39,524 nt of DNA, taken from contig CAVOXA010000020.1 in NCBI GenBank assembly GCA_963700285.1, positions 1 to 39,524 on the forward strand, given 5' to 3'. The DNA is from an uncultured Chloroflexia bacterium (GTDB taxonomy: Bacteria > Chloroflexota > Anaerolineae > JAAYZQ01). Shown in pieces: positions 38,299 to 39,524 of this stretch (within the stretch, counting starts at the first letter, position 1; every line of letters begins with the position of its first letter). The position numbers were made by a program, and so were the translations under genes. Under the pieces are notes generated by a model that was not told the origin of the DNA, did not search any database, and saw nothing but the letters and a program-made list of their open reading frames with translations.

Positions 38299-38526
38299 CT
38301 ATGAAGGGTTCGCGGCGATAGCCTGATTCAGATCACCGAGCAGGGGTTCGATGCTCAGCGCGTATTCACGGGCGGTGTCGGTGAGGGTGTGATAGGGAGA
38401 GATGTAGCAGCCGACACACTGCAAGCCGTGGCGAGCAAAGACAGCAATGGTCTGAGGATGGCGCTCGACGACATCCTGGACCAGGCACTCGGCGGTAATA
38501 CAGGCAGGCAACTGTTCATCTTCCAT
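38299..38526 (-). CDS. DUF1858 domain protein
   Basis: IT....VQDVVERHPQTIAVFARHGLQCVGC...TL....EY.L..E.LL.DLN. Confidence 0.85.
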   Translation of the reverse strand: MEDEQLPACITAECLVQDVVERHPQTIAVFARHGLQCVGCYISPYHTLTDTAREYALSIEPLLGDLNQAIAANPS

Positions 38527-38787
38527 GGTTCTCTCCGATCGACCCGAGTCCCCGTGAGACATACGACCCGTTTCAGTGCGGTCCATGGATGAGAACGGGC
38601 AGACAGCGGGCGCAGACCCATTGTTCGATATTCTTGATCAGGACACGGAACAGGGCTGACTGCTCGCTCGTATTTCCACAATTGAAACAAACCGGGGATT
38701 CTGCCGTTCTTTTATCTTCCACAAAAAATCTCCTCTGCCAGGGTGACTCTCTCTGCGGACTCGTACGCCCGCGAAAGAGGATAGCGG

Positions 38788-38997
38788 CTATGCAGTTTCC
38801 AACGCGCGCAGTTCACGCACGATCGGTTCGGGCTCCAGGCCATGCATCATCGATCCAAAGGCGATCGATTCCATGTTCATGCCGGGGCAGGTGAAGCAGC
38901 CGTTGCCAAAATACTTTTTGATGACGTCTTCCCCACCGGGTACATTCCTGATCACATCGCCGATGAGGCTCTCACTGGTTATTTCCGCGTTTGCCAT
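38788..38997 (-). CDS. DUF1858 domain protein
   Basis: ITSESLIGDVI...P...VI.KYFGNGCFTCPG...ESI.FG..MHG. Confidence 0.8.
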   Translation of the reverse strand: MANAEITSESLIGDVIRNVPGGEDVIKKYFGNGCFTCPGMNMESIAFGSMMHGLEPEPIVRELRALETA

Positions 38998-39030
38998 TCT
39001 ACATCTCCTCTCAGAAAATCGACAGATTCA

Positions 39031-39438
39031 TTACTGTGGCGACGGCTGCCTGAAGGTTAGCCACATATTGACCACAAACAGATAGATGGCCACGGCCTCC
39101 GCTAGGCCGGACAGCGCAAGCGGGATCTTGAAGGGTAGCGTGGGCCAGTAAGCGTTCAAGGCCGAAAAGATGGCCAGACCCACGAGGCCGATGTTGGCCA
39201 GCCAGAACTGGAGATCCGCCATGCGCTCGCTGTGCAACGCCTTGCCCTGGAACCGGGGCAGTATGTGGTAGGCCACGCCGTAGACCATCATGGACATAAA
39301 GCCCAGCAAGTTGAGGTGGACGTGTGCGTACTTGAGGCCCAGAAGTCGGGGAAAGATAGGAAACAGCATACCCAGGGTGGCGCCTATGGCCAGATAGACC
39401 AGACTCATCTTGATGAACCGGACCGTCGTTGTACTCAT
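39031..39438 (-). CDS. Small 4-TM protein resembling the C-terminal helices of heme-copper oxidase subunit I
   Basis: AHVHLNLLGF.SMMVYGVAYHILPRF.G..L......QFWLANIG. Confidence 0.75.
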   Translation of the reverse strand: MSTTTVRFIKMSLVYLAIGATLGMLFPIFPRLLGLKYAHVHLNLLGFMSMMVYGVAYHILPRFQGKALHSERMADLQFWLANIGLVGLAIFSALNAYWPTLPFKIPLALSGLAEAVAIYLFVVNMWLTFRQPSPQ

Positions 39439-39481
39439 TCAAACCTTTCCAGATATGGCCTTGATTGTGTCAGCACAAGCG

Positions 39482-39523
39482 ATCATACCTTACGCCGGGG
39501 AAAAGCGCCATGATTTTGGTCAT
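39482..39523 (-). promoter_or_regulatory. Class II Crp/Fnr-type promoter of the 4-TM/DUF1858 operon
   Basis: Box ATGAT-TTTG-GTCAT at 39510-39523 (plus-strand reading) and -10 TATGAT (39487-39482). Same spacing as the others. Confidence 0.7.
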
Positions 39524-39524
39524 A

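Noticed and set aside
39510-39524. Both window ends falling in a GTCATA motif, suggesting circularity or terminal repeats
   Set aside because: Only 6 bp are shared and the ends do not join into one box. The content is chromosomal housekeeping, so coincidence is the likely explanation.

Overview
This is a GC-rich bacterial window, most likely Chloroflexota/Anaerolineae (inferred from NBR1-Ig/PT-linker surface proteins, the NERD-like membrane protein and lipoprotein NirS). It has four parts. (1) 1-7.3 kb: housekeeping and accessory genes (ThiS-like, Cys-rich small protein, SAM methyltransferase, esterase, glutaredoxin, plsX, fabF, RHH protein). (2) 7.4-17.3 kb: a mosaic island downstream of tRNA-Val(CAC). 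It carries surface proteins, a lower-GC gene that looks like an encapsulin/HK97-fold shell fused to a HEPN-like helical domain, and a perR-katG unit. That unit ends in an integron attC-like site and sits between diverged direct duplications. (3) 17.4-31.8 kb: core genes (CPBP-like protease, HD protein, ttuA-like, Crp/Fnr regulator, lgt, flippase-like, sbcD, GDPD, carboxyltransferase, amidohydrolase, rhodanese). (4) 31.8-39.5 kb: a denitrification cluster with a cupredoxin-cytochrome cd1 (NirS) lipoprotein fusion and an atypical heme-copper-family NO reductase (Asp in place of a His ligand, CuA-less subunit II). Three promoters in this cluster, plus one at the window start, share an ATGAT-N4-GTCAT Crp/Fnr-type box at identical spacing. 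Many genes in the first 20 kb have single-base frameshifts, probably sequencing or assembly errors. All family calls come from motif recognition by eye, not database searches.
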